A stretch of DNA of 62,300 nucleotides, counting the filler, from Thermodesulfobacteriota bacterium (GTDB lineage: Bacteria; DASVDK01), in assembly GCA_036381125.1 (NCBI GenBank). It is 7 parts of 7 records of this genome, joined end to end, with 100 filler letters (N's around TTAATTAATTAA, not from the genome) between each part and the next. Parts side by side here need not be neighbours in the genome. Positions count along the whole stretch, not along the records: positions 41,044 to 45,018 come from DASVDK010000016.1; positions 45,119 to 53,302 come from DASVDK010000018.1; positions 53,403 to 62,300 come from DASVDK010000019.1; 4 more parts are not named here. One strand, given 5' to 3'. The notes under the pieces are model-generated. The model was not told the DNA's origin. It did no database searches and was given only the letters and a program-made list of their open reading frames with translations. Below are positions 41,044 to 54,649 of the stretch, in pieces. Each line of letters starts with the position of its first letter. The first letter of the stretch is position 1. The position numbers were made by a program, and so were the translations under genes.

Positions 41044-41956
41044 GGCCTCGTCCGCGCCGTGCGCGCGCTCGGCCGCGGCGAGCTCGGCTACCGCATCGAC
41101 GAGGGGCGCGGCGGCGGCGAGCTGCGCGAGCTGGCCCGCGAGTTCAACCGCATGGCCGAGGGGCTCGAGAGCGCCCGCGCCGAGCTGGTCCGCGAGGCCG
41201 AGGAGCGCATCGCGCTCGAGCGACGACTCCGCGAGACCGAGAAGCTCGCCGCCGTCGGCAACCTCGCCGCCTCGCTCGCCCACGAGATCGCCGCGCCGCT
41301 CAACGTCGTCTCCGGGCGCGCCGAGCTGCTCCTCAAGCGCGAGGCCGCGCCCGAGGTGCGCGAGCGCAACCTCCGCATCATCGTCGAGCAGATCGGCCGC
41401 ATCACGACCATCATCCGCAACCTCCTCGACTTCTCGAGGCGACGCGAGCCGCGCATCCGCCCGGTCGACCTCGGCTCCGTGCTCGAGGGCGTGACCGAGC
41501 TGCTCGAGGGCGAGCTGGCGCGCGCCGGCGTGCAGCTCGCCCGCGTCGGGCCGGAGCGCGCCTGGATCCGCGGCGATGCCCACCTCCTCCACCAGGTCTT
41601 CCTCAACCTCCTGCTCAACGCGCTCCAGGCCATGGCCGAGCGCGACGGCGAGCGCCGCATCACGATCCGCCTCGCCAGCGACGCCGGCGCCAGCACTACC
41701 CCCGCCTGGGTCACCGCCGAGGTCGAGGACACCGGACCGGGGATCCCGCCCCACGCGCTCCCCCGCGTCTTCGAGCCGTTCTTCACCACCAAGGCCGGCG
41801 GCCAGGGGACCGGGCTCGGCCTCGCCGTCGCCCTCAGCATCATCGAGGAGCACGGCGGCGCGCTCGAGGCCGACAACGCGTTCGGCCCGGACGGCCGGGT
41901 CACCGGCGCCGTCTTCCGCGTCCGCCTCCCCGCCGCCTCCGCGCCGGAGTACGCCC

Positions 41957-41964
<8 letters not shown>
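41044..41964 (+). CDS. HAMP-domain sensor histidine kinase (5' truncated)
   Basis: ELRELAREFNRMAEGL, LAHEIAAPL, NLLLNALQAM, DTGPGI and FFTTK..GTGLGL. Confidence 0.93.
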
Positions 41965-43330
<1,366 letters not shown>

Positions 43331-43852
43331 GGGCCGGCCGCGCTCTCCGCGGTCGCTCGGGGGCGTCCGGGGGTGGTCTTGCGGCCGAGGCGCCTGGGGT
43401 TCCCGGAAGTGGGTGGGGGAGCGCAAGCGGCAGTGGGAACGACGGGTGCCGGGGTGGCGCCGACGCGCGACGGGCGCACCGGCGCTCGGCGTGGCGGCGC
43501 GGCCGGGGTGCCGCGCGGGCGCCCGGACCGCCAGGCCGGAGGTTTCGCGGATCGAACGCCAGGCGTCACCTCGATGGTGTCATTGACGCCGGCGGCGCCC
43601 TGCCCACCTCGGCCCACGCATCCCGCAACAATGTCACCCACCAAACGTTTCTATTGAACCCCACCTCTCCGCCCTTATCTTCGCGGTGACGCGACTCCGC
43701 GAACATCATCGAGCGCCGACCGCTCACCCAGCGCGCGGATTCGCCCACGCGCAACCGCCGAGTGAATCCAGGTTGGCCAAAGACGCCGTACAGGGAGCGC
43801 TCGCGGAGGAAGGCTCGGGAAGACGGAGTTTCGCGCCACGGTCAACGGCTAT

Positions 43853-43989
43853 CTAGGAGCGTGTCCGAGTAATCCGCGGGCGCCGGAAGCGAGCCGTCCA
43901 GATCGGCTGAGAGCGCGTTTGTTGCCCTCGGGAGGCATCGGACCCCTCCGGAAAAGCGCTGATTTCGCATTACTCGGACACGCTCCTAG
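43853..43989. mobile_element. 137-bp MITE-like element with perfect terminal inverted repeats and CTAG flanks
   Basis: CTAGGAGCGTGTCCGAGTAAT (43853-43873) and its exact reverse complement ATTACTCGGACACGCTCCTAG (43969-43989). Confidence 0.8.
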
Positions 43990-44618
43990 GCTGCAGGCAG
44001 ACCGGGCGAACCGTCTCGGGGAACTCCTCGCTAAGCATGTGGCGTGGCGAGGGTCAATTAGACAGATCCCGCCTTCACCCAGGGCCCCGGCAAGCTGGCA
44101 GGCTGAGATGTTTTCGGAGTTGGCCGGTGTAGGGGGCAGCCTGACGCGGTCGGAGGTGCTGCTCCGACGGGACGGCGACGTCGATCTCTCGGTGCATCTG
44201 CAGGGGCGCCATCCAACCTCGGCAGAGTCTCACTTCGTGGTGCCTCATGAGGAGACGCTGGAGGTCCTCGGGGAAGTCACCCGCGCGGCCGGCGCGCTCG
44301 CTTCGGAAAACCAGGTTGTCGTCGGCGGGCCTTTCCCGTCTGTCGACGCCGTCGGAAAAGTAGGTAATCGGCGCCGTCGGTGACGGCACACACACCTTGG
44401 GCTGCGCCTTCGAAATCCGTCCGCCTCGGCGAGAAGGCGTTGACCACGCCTTCGCGGTCGATCCCCACGGCGCGCGGCGCTCATGAGGTCGACCAGGGCA
44501 CTCGCCGGCTCATCCGGGCCAACGTGCTTCGCAGCCAGGTTCGGTGACGCGGTTGCGTCGAACGCGCTCTCGAAGCGACAACGGCCCAGCGGCCTCGTCG
44601 CTCGCTGACCGGCCCTCC

Positions 44619-44638
44619 TGTGATTACGTTGTGATTAC
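44619..44638 (+). promoter_or_regulatory. Probable antitoxin operator: tandem TGTGATTAC, 11-bp period
   Basis: TGTGATTAC-GT-TGTGATTAC immediately before the RBS of the antitoxin. Confidence 0.6.
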
Positions 44639-44653
44639 ATCCACGGAGGCGCC

Positions 44654-44908
44654 ATGAAGACCCGCATCATCCGAATCGGTAACTCGCAGGGGATCCGCAT
44701 CCCCAAGCCGTTTCTCGAGCAGAGCGGGCTCCGCGAGGAGGTCGAGCTCGAGGCGCAGCCCAACCAGATCATCATCCGCTCGGCTACGCGTCCCCGCCGC
44801 GGCTGGGCGGAGGCGTTCCAGGCCATGGCCGACCAGGGCGACGACGTCCTGCTCGACCCGGGCGCGCCCGGCGGGAGCGAGTGGGATGCGGAGGAGTGGG
44901 AGTGGTAG
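44654..44908 (+). CDS. AbrB/MazE family antitoxin
   Basis: IIRIGNSQGIRIPK swapped-hairpin motif, acidic Trp-rich tail (WDAEEWEW) and RBS GGAGG. Confidence 0.92.
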   Translation: MKTRIIRIGNSQGIRIPKPFLEQSGLREEVELEAQPNQIIIRSATRPRRGWAEAFQAMADQGDDVLLDPGAPGGSEWDAEEWEW

Positions 44909-45018
44909 TGCATCGCTTCGACGTCTACCTGGTCAACCTGGACCCCGCCTTCGGCAGCGAGACCCCGAAGACCCGCCCATGCGTCGTCATCTCCCCCGAT
45001 GAGATGAACCGCTACATC
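44902..45018 (+). CDS. PemK/MazF family toxin (3' truncated)
   Basis: RFDVYLVNLDP..GSE..KTRPCVVISPDEMN, overlapping the antitoxin stop. Confidence 0.9.
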
Positions 45019-45118
45019 NNNNNNNNNNNNNNNNNNNNNNNNNNNNNNNNNNNNNNNNNNNNTTAATTAATTAANNNNNNNNNNNNNNNNNNNNNNNNNN
45101 NNNNNNNNNNNNNNNNNN
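45019..45118. other. Artificial contig linker
   Basis: N-run with central TTAATTAATTAA. Confidence 0.99.
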
Positions 45119-45855
45119 GCCTCGCTCTCCCGCGGGTCCTCCTCGTGGGGGTCGCGCATCGCCTCGACGTCGGGGTGCCGGTAGAGGGCGTTGTCGTCGA
45201 AGTTGAGCTTGGCGTCGAGCGCGAGCAGGTCGCCCTGCCGCGTCACGACCAGCGGGTTGATCTCGGCGATGGAGCAGTCGCTCTCGACGTACGCGCGGTA
45301 GAGGGCGGTCATGAACGCGACCGCTTTGCCGACCGCCTTGCCCTCGAGCCCGAGGCCGAAGGCGAGCTTGCGCGCCTGGTAGGGCTGGAGCCCGACCGCC
45401 GGATCGATCGTCTCGCGCAGGATCTTCTCCGGGTGCTTCGCGGCGACCTCCTCGATCTCCACGCCCCCCTCGGTGGAGGCCATCATCACGACGCGGCCGA
45501 CCGCGCGGTCGAGGACGAGCCCCAGGTACAGCTCGCGGGCGATGTCGCTCCCCTCCTCGACCAGCACCTTCCTGACCTTCCGCCCCTCGGGGCCGGTCTG
45601 GTGCGTGACGAGCTGCATCCCGAGGATCCGCTCGGCGGCGGCGCGCGCCTCGGCCGGGCTCCTCACCACCGCGACGCCGCCCCCCTTGCCGCGGCCGCCC
45701 GCGTGGATCTGCGCCTTCACGACGACCACCGGGGTGCCGAGCGCCTTCGCGGCCGCCTCGGCCTGGTCCGGGCTCTCGGCCACCTGACCGCGCGGCACGG
45801 CGACGCCGTACTTCCGGAGGATTTCCTTGCCCTGATACTCGTGGACGTTCACCAT
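45119..45855 (-). CDS. sucC: Succinyl-CoA synthetase beta subunit (3' truncated)
   Basis: [29 protein letters not shown] and [14 protein letters not shown]. Confidence 0.96.
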
Positions 45856-45969
45856 CAACCTCGGGGGCTCACGGACCGCGGAGGCTCGCGGGCCGCCCCA
45901 ACGGCCCCGCGAACCCCCTTGCTCGCGCCCCGGCGAAGCCGGGACGCTCGCCACCGCGCTAGGCGCGCC

Positions 45970-46545
45970 TCACGGTTGCAGCGTGGCGTACGCCGCCTGG
46001 TTCTGCGTGTAGAGATCGCCGCCGTGCAGGTCGTAGACGACGACCGCGGGGAAGTCCTCGACCTCGAAGCGCCAGATCGCCTCGGTGCCGAGGTCCTGGT
46101 ACGCGATCGCCTCGGCCGACCTGATCGTCTTGCTGATCTTCGCCCCGAGCCCGCCGATCGCGGCCATGTAGATGGCGCCGTGCCTCGCCATGGCGTCGAT
46201 GACCGGCCGCGTCCGGTAGCCCTTGCCGATCATCGCCTTGAGGCCCAGCTCGAGGAGCCGCGGCGTGTACCGGTCCATGCGCGAGGCGGTGGTCGGGCCG
46301 GCCGAGCCGATCACCTCGCCCGGCTTGGGCGGCGTGGGCCCCACGAAGTAGATCGTCTGCCCCTTCACGTCGATCGGGAGCGCCTCGCCCCGGTCGAGCG
46401 CCTCGACCATCCGCTTGTGCGCCGCGTCGCGCGCGCCGTAGATGATGCCGGTGAGGAGCACCCGGTCGCCGCTCTTCACGCGCCGCAGGTCGGCGTCCGA
46501 CCAGGGGAGCCTGATGCGAACGGGCTCCGGCACCCCGGTGCTCAC
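45970..46545 (-). CDS. Fe-S fumarate hydratase (class I, two-subunit), beta subunit
   Basis: GTG at 46545. ARDAAHKR, GPTTASRM, MIGKG and DLGTEAI. Confidence 0.92.
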   Translation of the reverse strand: MSTGVPEPVRIRLPWSDADLRRVKSGDRVLLTGIIYGARDAAHKRMVEALDRGEALPIDVKGQTIYFVGPTPPKPGEVIGSAGPTTASRMDRYTPRLLELGLKAMIGKGYRTRPVIDAMARHGAIYMAAIGGLGAKISKTIRSAEAIAYQDLGTEAIWRFEVEDFPAVVVYDLHGGDLYTQNQAAYATLQP

Positions 46546-47384
46546 AGGACGACCTCCCGGTGGCGGTTGGCGTGGCACTGGATGTTGACGGCGACCGGGA
46601 GGCTCGCCACGTGGCAGGGATAGGTCTCGACGTGGATGGCGAGCGCGGTGGTCGTGCCGCCCATCCCCTGCGGCCCGAGACCGAGCTGGTTGGCCTTCTC
46701 GAGCAGCTCCCGCTCGTAGGCCGCCACGTCCGGGTCGTGCGACGGCGTGCCGACGTCGCGCATGATCGCGTGCTTGGCCAGGGAGGCGACCTTGTCGAAG
46801 CTGCCGCCGATGCCGACGCCGACGACGAGCGGCGGGCAGGCGTTCGGCCCCGCGAGCTTGATGGTCTCGAGGACGAACTTCGTCACCCCCTCCTTGCCGT
46901 CGGACGGCTTGAGCATCTGGAGGCGGCCCATGTTCTCGCTGCCGGCCCCCTTGGCCGTGAAGGCGATCCGGATGCGGTCGCCGGCCACGATGTCCGCGTG
47001 AATGACGGCCGGGGTGTTGTCCTTCGTGTTCACCCGCTTGAACGGGTCGCCGACGATGGAGGCCCTGAGGTACCCGTCCCTGTAGCCGCGGCGCACCCCT
47101 TCGTTGATGGCGTCGGCGAGGAGCCCGCCCACGATGTGGACGTCCTGTCCCACGTCCACGAAGAAGACGGCCGTGCCGGTGTCCTGACACATCGGGATCC
47201 GCTCGGCGCGCGCCAGCTCCGCGTTCTCGACGATCTCGTCGAGCACGGCGAGGCCGAGGGGGCTCTTCTCGGTCTGGCGGGCGCGGTCGAGCGCCCGCAC
47301 CATGTCGGGCCCCAGGTTCACGCAGGCGTCCATCACCATGTCGCGGACGGCCTGGGTGATCCGGTCGACGTGGATCTCTCGCAT
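46542..47384 (-). CDS. Fe-S fumarate hydratase (class I, two-subunit), alpha subunit
   Basis: MCQDTG, KGAGSEN, ACPP, GPQGMGG and CHVASLPVAVNIQC. Confidence 0.93.
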   Translation of the reverse strand: MREIHVDRITQAVRDMVMDACVNLGPDMVRALDRARQTEKSPLGLAVLDEIVENAELARAERIPMCQDTGTAVFFVDVGQDVHIVGGLLADAINEGVRRGYRDGYLRASIVGDPFKRVNTKDNTPAVIHADIVAGDRIRIAFTAKGAGSENMGRLQMLKPSDGKEGVTKFVLETIKLAGPNACPPLVVGVGIGGSFDKVASLAKHAIMRDVGTPSHDPDVAAYERELLEKANQLGLGPQGMGGTTTALAIHVETYPCHVASLPVAVNIQCHANRHREVVL

Positions 47385-47406
47385 GTGGGTCTCCTGGTCG
47401 ACTCCC

Positions 47407-49620
<2,214 letters not shown>

Positions 49621-49676
49621 TCACTCGCCGAGGGAACGTCCGCTCGTGTATACGGTATGCAGGGCCCCCGGCGCTG

Positions 49677-51488
49677 TCAAGGAACGGGCTCGACGGTGCT
49701 GCGCACGTGCAACTCCCTGAGCTGTCTCGGGTCGACCGGCGACGGCGCCCCCACCATCAGGTCCTGCGCCCTGGCGTTCTTCGGGAACGCGATGACCTCG
49801 CGGATGGTGCTCTCGCCGGCCATGAGCATGACCAGGCGATCGAACCCGAAGGCGATGCCGCCGTGCGGCGGCGTGCCGAACTCGAGGGCGTCGAGGAGGA
49901 AGCCGAACTTGGCGCGGGCCTCCGCGTCGGACAGGCCGAGCACCCTGAACATGCGCGCCTGGACGTCCGGCCGGTGGATCCGGATGGAGCCGCCCCCCAG
50001 CTCGACCCCGTTCAGCACGAGGTCGTACGCCTTCGCCCGCACCGAGGCCGGGTCGCTCTCGAGCCGCGCGAGGTCTTCGTCCATGGGCGCGGTGAAGGGA
50101 TGGTGGAGCGCGGCCCAGCGCTGCGCCTCGGCGTCCCACGCGACCAGGGGGAAGTCGAGGATCCAGACGAACCGCCACTCACCGTCCGGGATCATCCCGA
50201 GCCGCCGCGCCACCTCGCCCCGCAGCCGGCCGAGCACCTCGTGGACCACCGCCGGCCGGTCCGCGCCGAAGAGGAGCAGGCTCTCGGGCCCCGCCCCCGC
50301 GCGACGCCCCATCTCGGCTCGCACCTCGTCGGGGAGGAACTTCGCGATCGGCGACTGCCAGTCGCCGGGCGTCGCGCCGACCTTCGCCCAGGCGAGCCCC
50401 TTCGCACCGAAGCCCCGGGCGTACTCCGTCAGCTCGTCCAGCTCCTTGCGGCTCACGGCCGCGCCCGCCGGCCCCGGGACGCAGACGGCCTTGACGAGGC
50501 CGCCCGCGGCCGCGGCGTCGGCGAAGACCTTGAACCCGGTCTCCCGCGCGAGGTCGGTGAGGTCGGTGAGCTCGAGGCCGAAGCGCAGGTCCGGCTTGTC
50601 GGAGCCGTACCGGCTCGTCGCCTCGGCGTAGGTCATCCGCGGGAACGGGCGCGGCAGCTCCACCCCGAGCGCCTCCCGGAAGACGGTCGCGATCATCCCC
50701 TCGTTGACGTCGATCACGTCCTCCCGGCCGACGAACGACATCTCGACGTCGATCTGGGTGAACTCGGGCTGCCGGTCGGCGCGCTGGTCCTCGTCGCGGA
50801 AGCACCTGACGATCTGGAAGTACCGGTCCATGCCCGCGATCATGAGGAGCTGCTTGAAGAGCTGCGGCGACTGCGGGAGCGCGTACCACTCGCCGGGGTT
50901 GAGCCGCGACGGCACGAGGTACTCCTTGGCCCCTTCCGGCGTGCTCTTGTAGAGGATCGGCGTCTCCACCTCGACGAAGCCGAGGCGGTCGTAGTAGTCG
51001 CGGACCGCCTTGGCGGCCCGGTGCCGGAGCACGAGGTTGCGCTGCAGCCGCGGGCGCCGCAGGTCGAGGTAGCGGTACTTGAGCCGGAGCGACTCCGACA
51101 CCTCGGCCCCCCCGGCCTCGTCGTCGATGACGAAGGGGGGCGTCCGCGCCTCGTTGAGCACGTGCAGGGCGTGCACGGCGACCTCGACCTCGCCGGTCGG
51201 CATGGCCGGGTTCGCGGTGCCCTCGGGGCGGACCCGCACCGTCCCCTCGACGGCGAGGACGTACTCGCCGCGCACGTGGCCGGCCCGCTCGTGGGCGGCG
51301 GGGCTCGTGTCGGGGTTCACGACGATCTGGACGAGGCCGCTGCGGTCGCGCAGGTCGATGAAGACCACCCCGCCGTGGTCGCGGCGCCGCTGGGCCCATC
51401 CCATGAGCACCACGGCCTTGCCGGCGTCGGCCTTCCGGAGCGCGCCGCACATGTGCGTCCGGCGCAGGCCCTCCATCGTCTCGGTCAC
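49677..51488 (-). CDS. aspS: Aspartate-tRNA ligase (probably non-discriminating Asp/Asn type)
   Basis: [39 protein letters not shown] and [12 protein letters not shown]. His in RDHG and Gly in PEG are typical of non-discriminating enzymes. Confidence 0.96.
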   Translation of the reverse strand: MTETMEGLRRTHMCGALRKADAGKAVVLMGWAQRRRDHGGVVFIDLRDRSGLVQIVVNPDTSPAAHERAGHVRGEYVLAVEGTVRVRPEGTANPAMPTGEVEVAVHALHVLNEARTPPFVIDDEAGGAEVSESLRLKYRYLDLRRPRLQRNLVLRHRAAKAVRDYYDRLGFVEVETPILYKSTPEGAKEYLVPSRLNPGEWYALPQSPQLFKQLLMIAGMDRYFQIVRCFRDEDQRADRQPEFTQIDVEMSFVGREDVIDVNEGMIATVFREALGVELPRPFPRMTYAEATSRYGSDKPDLRFGLELTDLTDLARETGFKVFADAAAAGGLVKAVCVPGPAGAAVSRKELDELTEYARGFGAKGLAWAKVGATPGDWQSPIAKFLPDEVRAEMGRRAGAGPESLLLFGADRPAVVHEVLGRLRGEVARRLGMIPDGEWRFVWILDFPLVAWDAEAQRWAALHHPFTAPMDEDLARLESDPASVRAKAYDLVLNGVELGGGSIRIHRPDVQARMFRVLGLSDAEARAKFGFLLDALEFGTPPHGGIAFGFDRLVMLMAGESTIREVIAFPKNARAQDLMVGAPSPVDPRQLRELHVRSTVEPVP

Positions 51489-51505
51489 GTCTGCCTCCGT
51501 CGGGG

Positions 51506-52792
51506 TCAGGCGCGCGGTGCGAGGAGCGCGGCGAGCCGGGGCTCGAGGTCCGCGAGCGGCACCTCCTCCTGTCGGCTCGACGCGAGGTCCCGCAGGATGG
51601 CGACCCCCCGCTCGATGTCGCGGTCGTCGATGATGACGGCGCGCGGCGCCCCGCTACGGTCCGCCCGCCTGAGCTGGGACTTGAGGGACGGTGCGCCGGA
51701 CTGCCCGCGGCCGGCCAGCGCGAACTCCGCCGCGACGCCCTGCCGGCGCAGGCGGTCGACCAGCGGCAGGGCGAGGTCGCGGGCCCGCGCCCCGACCGCC
51801 GCCACGAAGACGGCCGTGGTCGGCGGGGCGAAGAGGTCGTCCGGAACGAGGGCGAGGAGCCGCTCGAGCCCGACGGCGAAGCCGAGGGCGGGCGTCGGCG
51901 CCCCTCCCAGCTCCTCGACGAGCCTGTCGTACCGCCCGCCGCCGGCGACGGCGTTCTGCGCCCCCTCGCTCGCCATCTGGACCTCGAACGCGGTCCGCGT
52001 GTAGTAGTCGAATCCGCGCACCAGGCGCGGGTCGATCGCGACCTCCACGTCGAGGAGGGCGAGGAGCCGGCGCACCTCGGCGAAGTGCGCCGCGCAGGGC
52101 TCGCAGAGCCGGTCGATGATCCGGGGCGCGTCGGCCGTGGCCTCGATGCAGCCCGGCACCTTGCAGTCGAGCACCCGCATGGGGTTCGTCTCGACGCGCG
52201 CGCGGGAGGCCTCGCAGAGCCGGTCGAGGCGGCCCCGCAGGAAGCGCTGCAGCTCCTCCCGGTACGCCGGCCGGCAGGCGTCGTCGCCGATGGAGTTGAG
52301 GAGGACGCGCACCCCCTCGGCCCGCAGCCGGCGGAGCGTCGTGACCAGGAGCGCGATCACCTCGGCGTCGGCCGCCGGCTCCTCGGCGCCGATCAGCTCG
52401 GCGCCCCACTGGTGGAACTGCCGGAAGCGGCCCTTCTGCGGCCGCTCGCGGCGGAACATCGGGCCGATGTAGTAGAGCTTCGAGACCGGCTCCTGTGCGT
52501 CGAGGCGGTGCTCGATGTAGGCGCGCACCGTGGGCGCCGTCCCCTCCGGCCGGAGCGTCAGCCGATCGCCCCCCTGGTCCTCCCAGGAGAACATCTCCTT
52601 CTCCACCACATCGGTCGCTTCCCCCAGCCCGCGAGTGAAGAGCGCGGTCGGCTCGGGGATCGGCGTCCGGATCTCGCGGTAGCCGTACGCGTGCGAGAGA
52701 TCACGCAGGAGACGCTCGAGCCCCTGCCACCGGGGGCTCTCGGCGGGGAGGATGTCGTTCATGCCCTTCGGGGCGGCGAACCTGGTGGACAC
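51506..52792 (-). CDS. hisS: Histidine-tRNA ligase
   Basis: GTG at 52792. [31 protein letters not shown] and GGGRYD. Confidence 0.96.
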   Translation of the reverse strand: MSTRFAAPKGMNDILPAESPRWQGLERLLRDLSHAYGYREIRTPIPEPTALFTRGLGEATDVVEKEMFSWEDQGGDRLTLRPEGTAPTVRAYIEHRLDAQEPVSKLYYIGPMFRRERPQKGRFRQFHQWGAELIGAEEPAADAEVIALLVTTLRRLRAEGVRVLLNSIGDDACRPAYREELQRFLRGRLDRLCEASRARVETNPMRVLDCKVPGCIEATADAPRIIDRLCEPCAAHFAEVRRLLALLDVEVAIDPRLVRGFDYYTRTAFEVQMASEGAQNAVAGGGRYDRLVEELGGAPTPALGFAVGLERLLALVPDDLFAPPTTAVFVAAVGARARDLALPLVDRLRRQGVAAEFALAGRGQSGAPSLKSQLRRADRSGAPRAVIIDDRDIERGVAILRDLASSRQEEVPLADLEPRLAALLAPRA

Positions 52793-53075
52793 GGGGCCTC
52801 TCGGGTGCCGGGGACGGCGCGGATTCCGTAGTGCAAACAAGCTCTTGAGGCTAACAGGCCGGCCTGATCCGGTCAAGGCGGCCCCCCCGGGGCGACCTCC
52901 GCCGCCCGGCCTCGATGCGCCCGGCCGACGCCGCGGCGCGAACGGCCGCTTCCCCACCCCGCCCCACGCCGATGTCGCATTGCGTCACGACCCCGCGCGA
53001 CGTCGCGACGTGATGCGTCGCACACAGCGACCGACCGATGGATATCGCTCCCCGACAGGACTCTCCTCGTCCGAC

Positions 53076-53091
53076 AGGCGCGTTCTCTGCA
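53076..53091 (+). promoter_or_regulatory. Candidate sigma54 promoter with upstream dyad (enhancer-like) sites
   Basis: AGGCGCGTTCTCTGCA (GG-N10-GC-A). Dyads TGTCGCA-T-TGCGTCA (52973-52987) and GTCGC-ACACA-GCGAC (53017-53031) lie upstream. Confidence 0.5.
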
Positions 53092-53262
53092 AAGCGTGAG
53101 TCTGATTCGCTGCCACGGAGCCAGAAGCTCGCTCGGCGGGCTGGCTGGCAGAGTGAGCCGGAGGGAGGGGTGATTACGAGCGCATCTTCGACTGGGTCCC
53201 GCCCGCGTCCCGCGGCTGCCGCCCGCCCATGACGATCCCTCGCGAACCCGACGTCGAAGCCC

Positions 53263-53285
53263 AGGGGCGCCCGGCGCGCCCCTTT
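53263..53285 (+). terminator. Candidate intrinsic terminator
   Basis: AGGGGCGC-CCGGC-GCGCCCCT followed by a short T run. Confidence 0.45.
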
Positions 53286-53302
53286 CCGGCCGCCCCGCCG
53301 GC

Positions 53303-53402
53303 NNNNNNNNNNNNNNNNNNNNNNNNNNNNNNNNNNNNNNNNNNNNTTAATTAATTAANNNNNNNNNNNNNNNNNNNNNNNNNNNNNNNNNNNNNNNNNN
53401 NN
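53303..53402. other. Artificial contig linker
   Basis: N-run with central TTAATTAATTAA. Confidence 0.99.
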
Positions 53403-53403
53403 G

Positions 53404-53877
53404 GAGCGCGCGGTCGACCTGGCCGTGCGGCGGCTCGGCCGGCGCGCGCGGCCGGCGTCGACGGCGGCCACGCCCCTGCCCGGGGCCGGGGCGGCGCCGG
53501 AGGCCTCGTCGGCGTTCGAGGCGCGCGTGGCGGCCCGCTACGGCGCGCTCTGGCCCGAGGTGGCCGCCCATGCCGCGGCGCGGCCGGAGCTCGGCCGCCC
53601 GCTCGCGGACGGGACGCCGGTGACCGGCGCCGAGGTCGTCCACGCGGTGCGCGAGGAGATGGCGGTGACGCTCACCGACGTGGCGCTCAGGCGGACCGGA
53701 CTTGCCGCCTCGGGGTGGCCCGGCGACGCGGTCGTCGCGGCGGCGGGCCGCCTGGCGGCCCGCGAGGCCGGGTGGGACGCTACGCGGACCGCTCGTGAGG
53801 TCGACGCGCTCCGCCGGGTGCTGGCGGGGTGGCGCGAGCCGCGGCGGCCGGCTTGGTCGAGCGCGCCTCGGCGATGA
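53404..53877 (+). CDS. C-terminal part of a glycerol-3-phosphate dehydrogenase/oxidase (GlpD-like; 5' truncated)
   Basis: RYG...AEVVHAVREEMAVTLTDVALRRTGL...GWDATRTAREV matches the GlpD C-terminal cap pattern. Confidence 0.8.
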   Translation, partial: ERAVDLAVRRLGRRARPASTAATPLPGAGAAPEASSAFEARVAARYGALWPEVAAHAAARPELGRPLADGTPVTGAEVVHAVREEMAVTLTDVALRRTGLAASGWPGDAVVAAAGRLAAREAGWDATRTAREVDALRRVLAGWREPRRPAWSSAPRR

Positions 53878-54649
53878 GCATGTAGCCCTGGGCGAAGGGG
53901 AGCGCGCGGTCGAGCCGCGCGGCCGACCAGAAGAGGGGGTAGACGAGCGAGTAGAGCCGGAAGAGGCGGGCATGGCGGTCGAGGTCTGCCCCCGTGACCA
54001 CGACCCCCTTGCTCGACGTGCGGCCCCGCGTGACGAGGTCGACGCCGGCCCGCACGAGCGTGTCGACCGCCTCGCAGCAGACGCGCGAGTAGGTGTGGCG
54101 GCGACGCACCGCGAAGCGCCCGTCGAGGAGGCGGGCGAGGCCGTCGGCCGTGTAGCCCGGCCGGACATGGCCGTGCCTCTCGTCGGTCTGGCCGATGGCG
54201 AGCCTGAGCCGGCGCAGCGCCGTCTCGCGCGCGTGCGGCACGTTGACGACGAGTCGGCCGCCGGGACGCGTCACGCGCCAGAGCTCCTCGACGAGCGTCC
54301 GGTCGTCCTCGACGTGCTCGAGAAGGTCGACGACCACGACGACGTCGAACCGGTCGTCGGGGAACGGCAGGCGCGGCCCGTCGAGCTGGTAGACCCCGTC
54401 GCCGACCAGCTCGCGGATCGCGGCGACCGCGGCCGGGTCGAGATCGGCGCTCGCCCAGCGCCCGCCTCGCCGCCTGAGGAGGAGGCTCACGACGCCGTTG
54501 TCCGAGCCGAGGTCGAGGCAGTCGAGGCCCGCCGTGTCGCCGAGAAGCGCCGTGATCTCCCGGAGCTTCTGCTGCTTGAGCACCGATCGCGCGAAGAGGC
54601 GCAGCATCAACGCCTCGCGGCCGGCGTCCGCTCCGCCCGGCCCGCTCAT
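53780..54649 (-). CDS. Class I SAM-dependent methyltransferase
   Basis: CLDLGSDNG, LPFPDDRFD, LLEHVEDD, RPGGRLVVNVP and HVRPGY. Confidence 0.88.
   Translation of the reverse strand: MSGPGGADAGREALMLRLFARSVLKQQKLREITALLGDTAGLDCLDLGSDNGVVSLLLRRRGGRWASADLDPAAVAAIRELVGDGVYQLDGPRLPFPDDRFDVVVVVDLLEHVEDDRTLVEELWRVTRPGGRLVVNVPHARETALRRLRLAIGQTDERHGHVRPGYTADGLARLLDGRFAVRRRHTYSRVCCEAVDTLVRAGVDLVTRGRTSSKGVVVTGADLDRHARLFRLYSLVYPLFWSAARLDRALPFAQGYMLIAEARSTKPAAAARATPPAPGGARRPHERSA

Noticed and set aside
43919-44484. ORFs 43919-44383 (+) and 44075-44395 (-); TYFSDGVD faintly resembles a QueC-type SGGxDS loop
   Set aside because: There are no further supporting motifs or RBS, the + ORF starts inside the MITE, and the match is too short to call.
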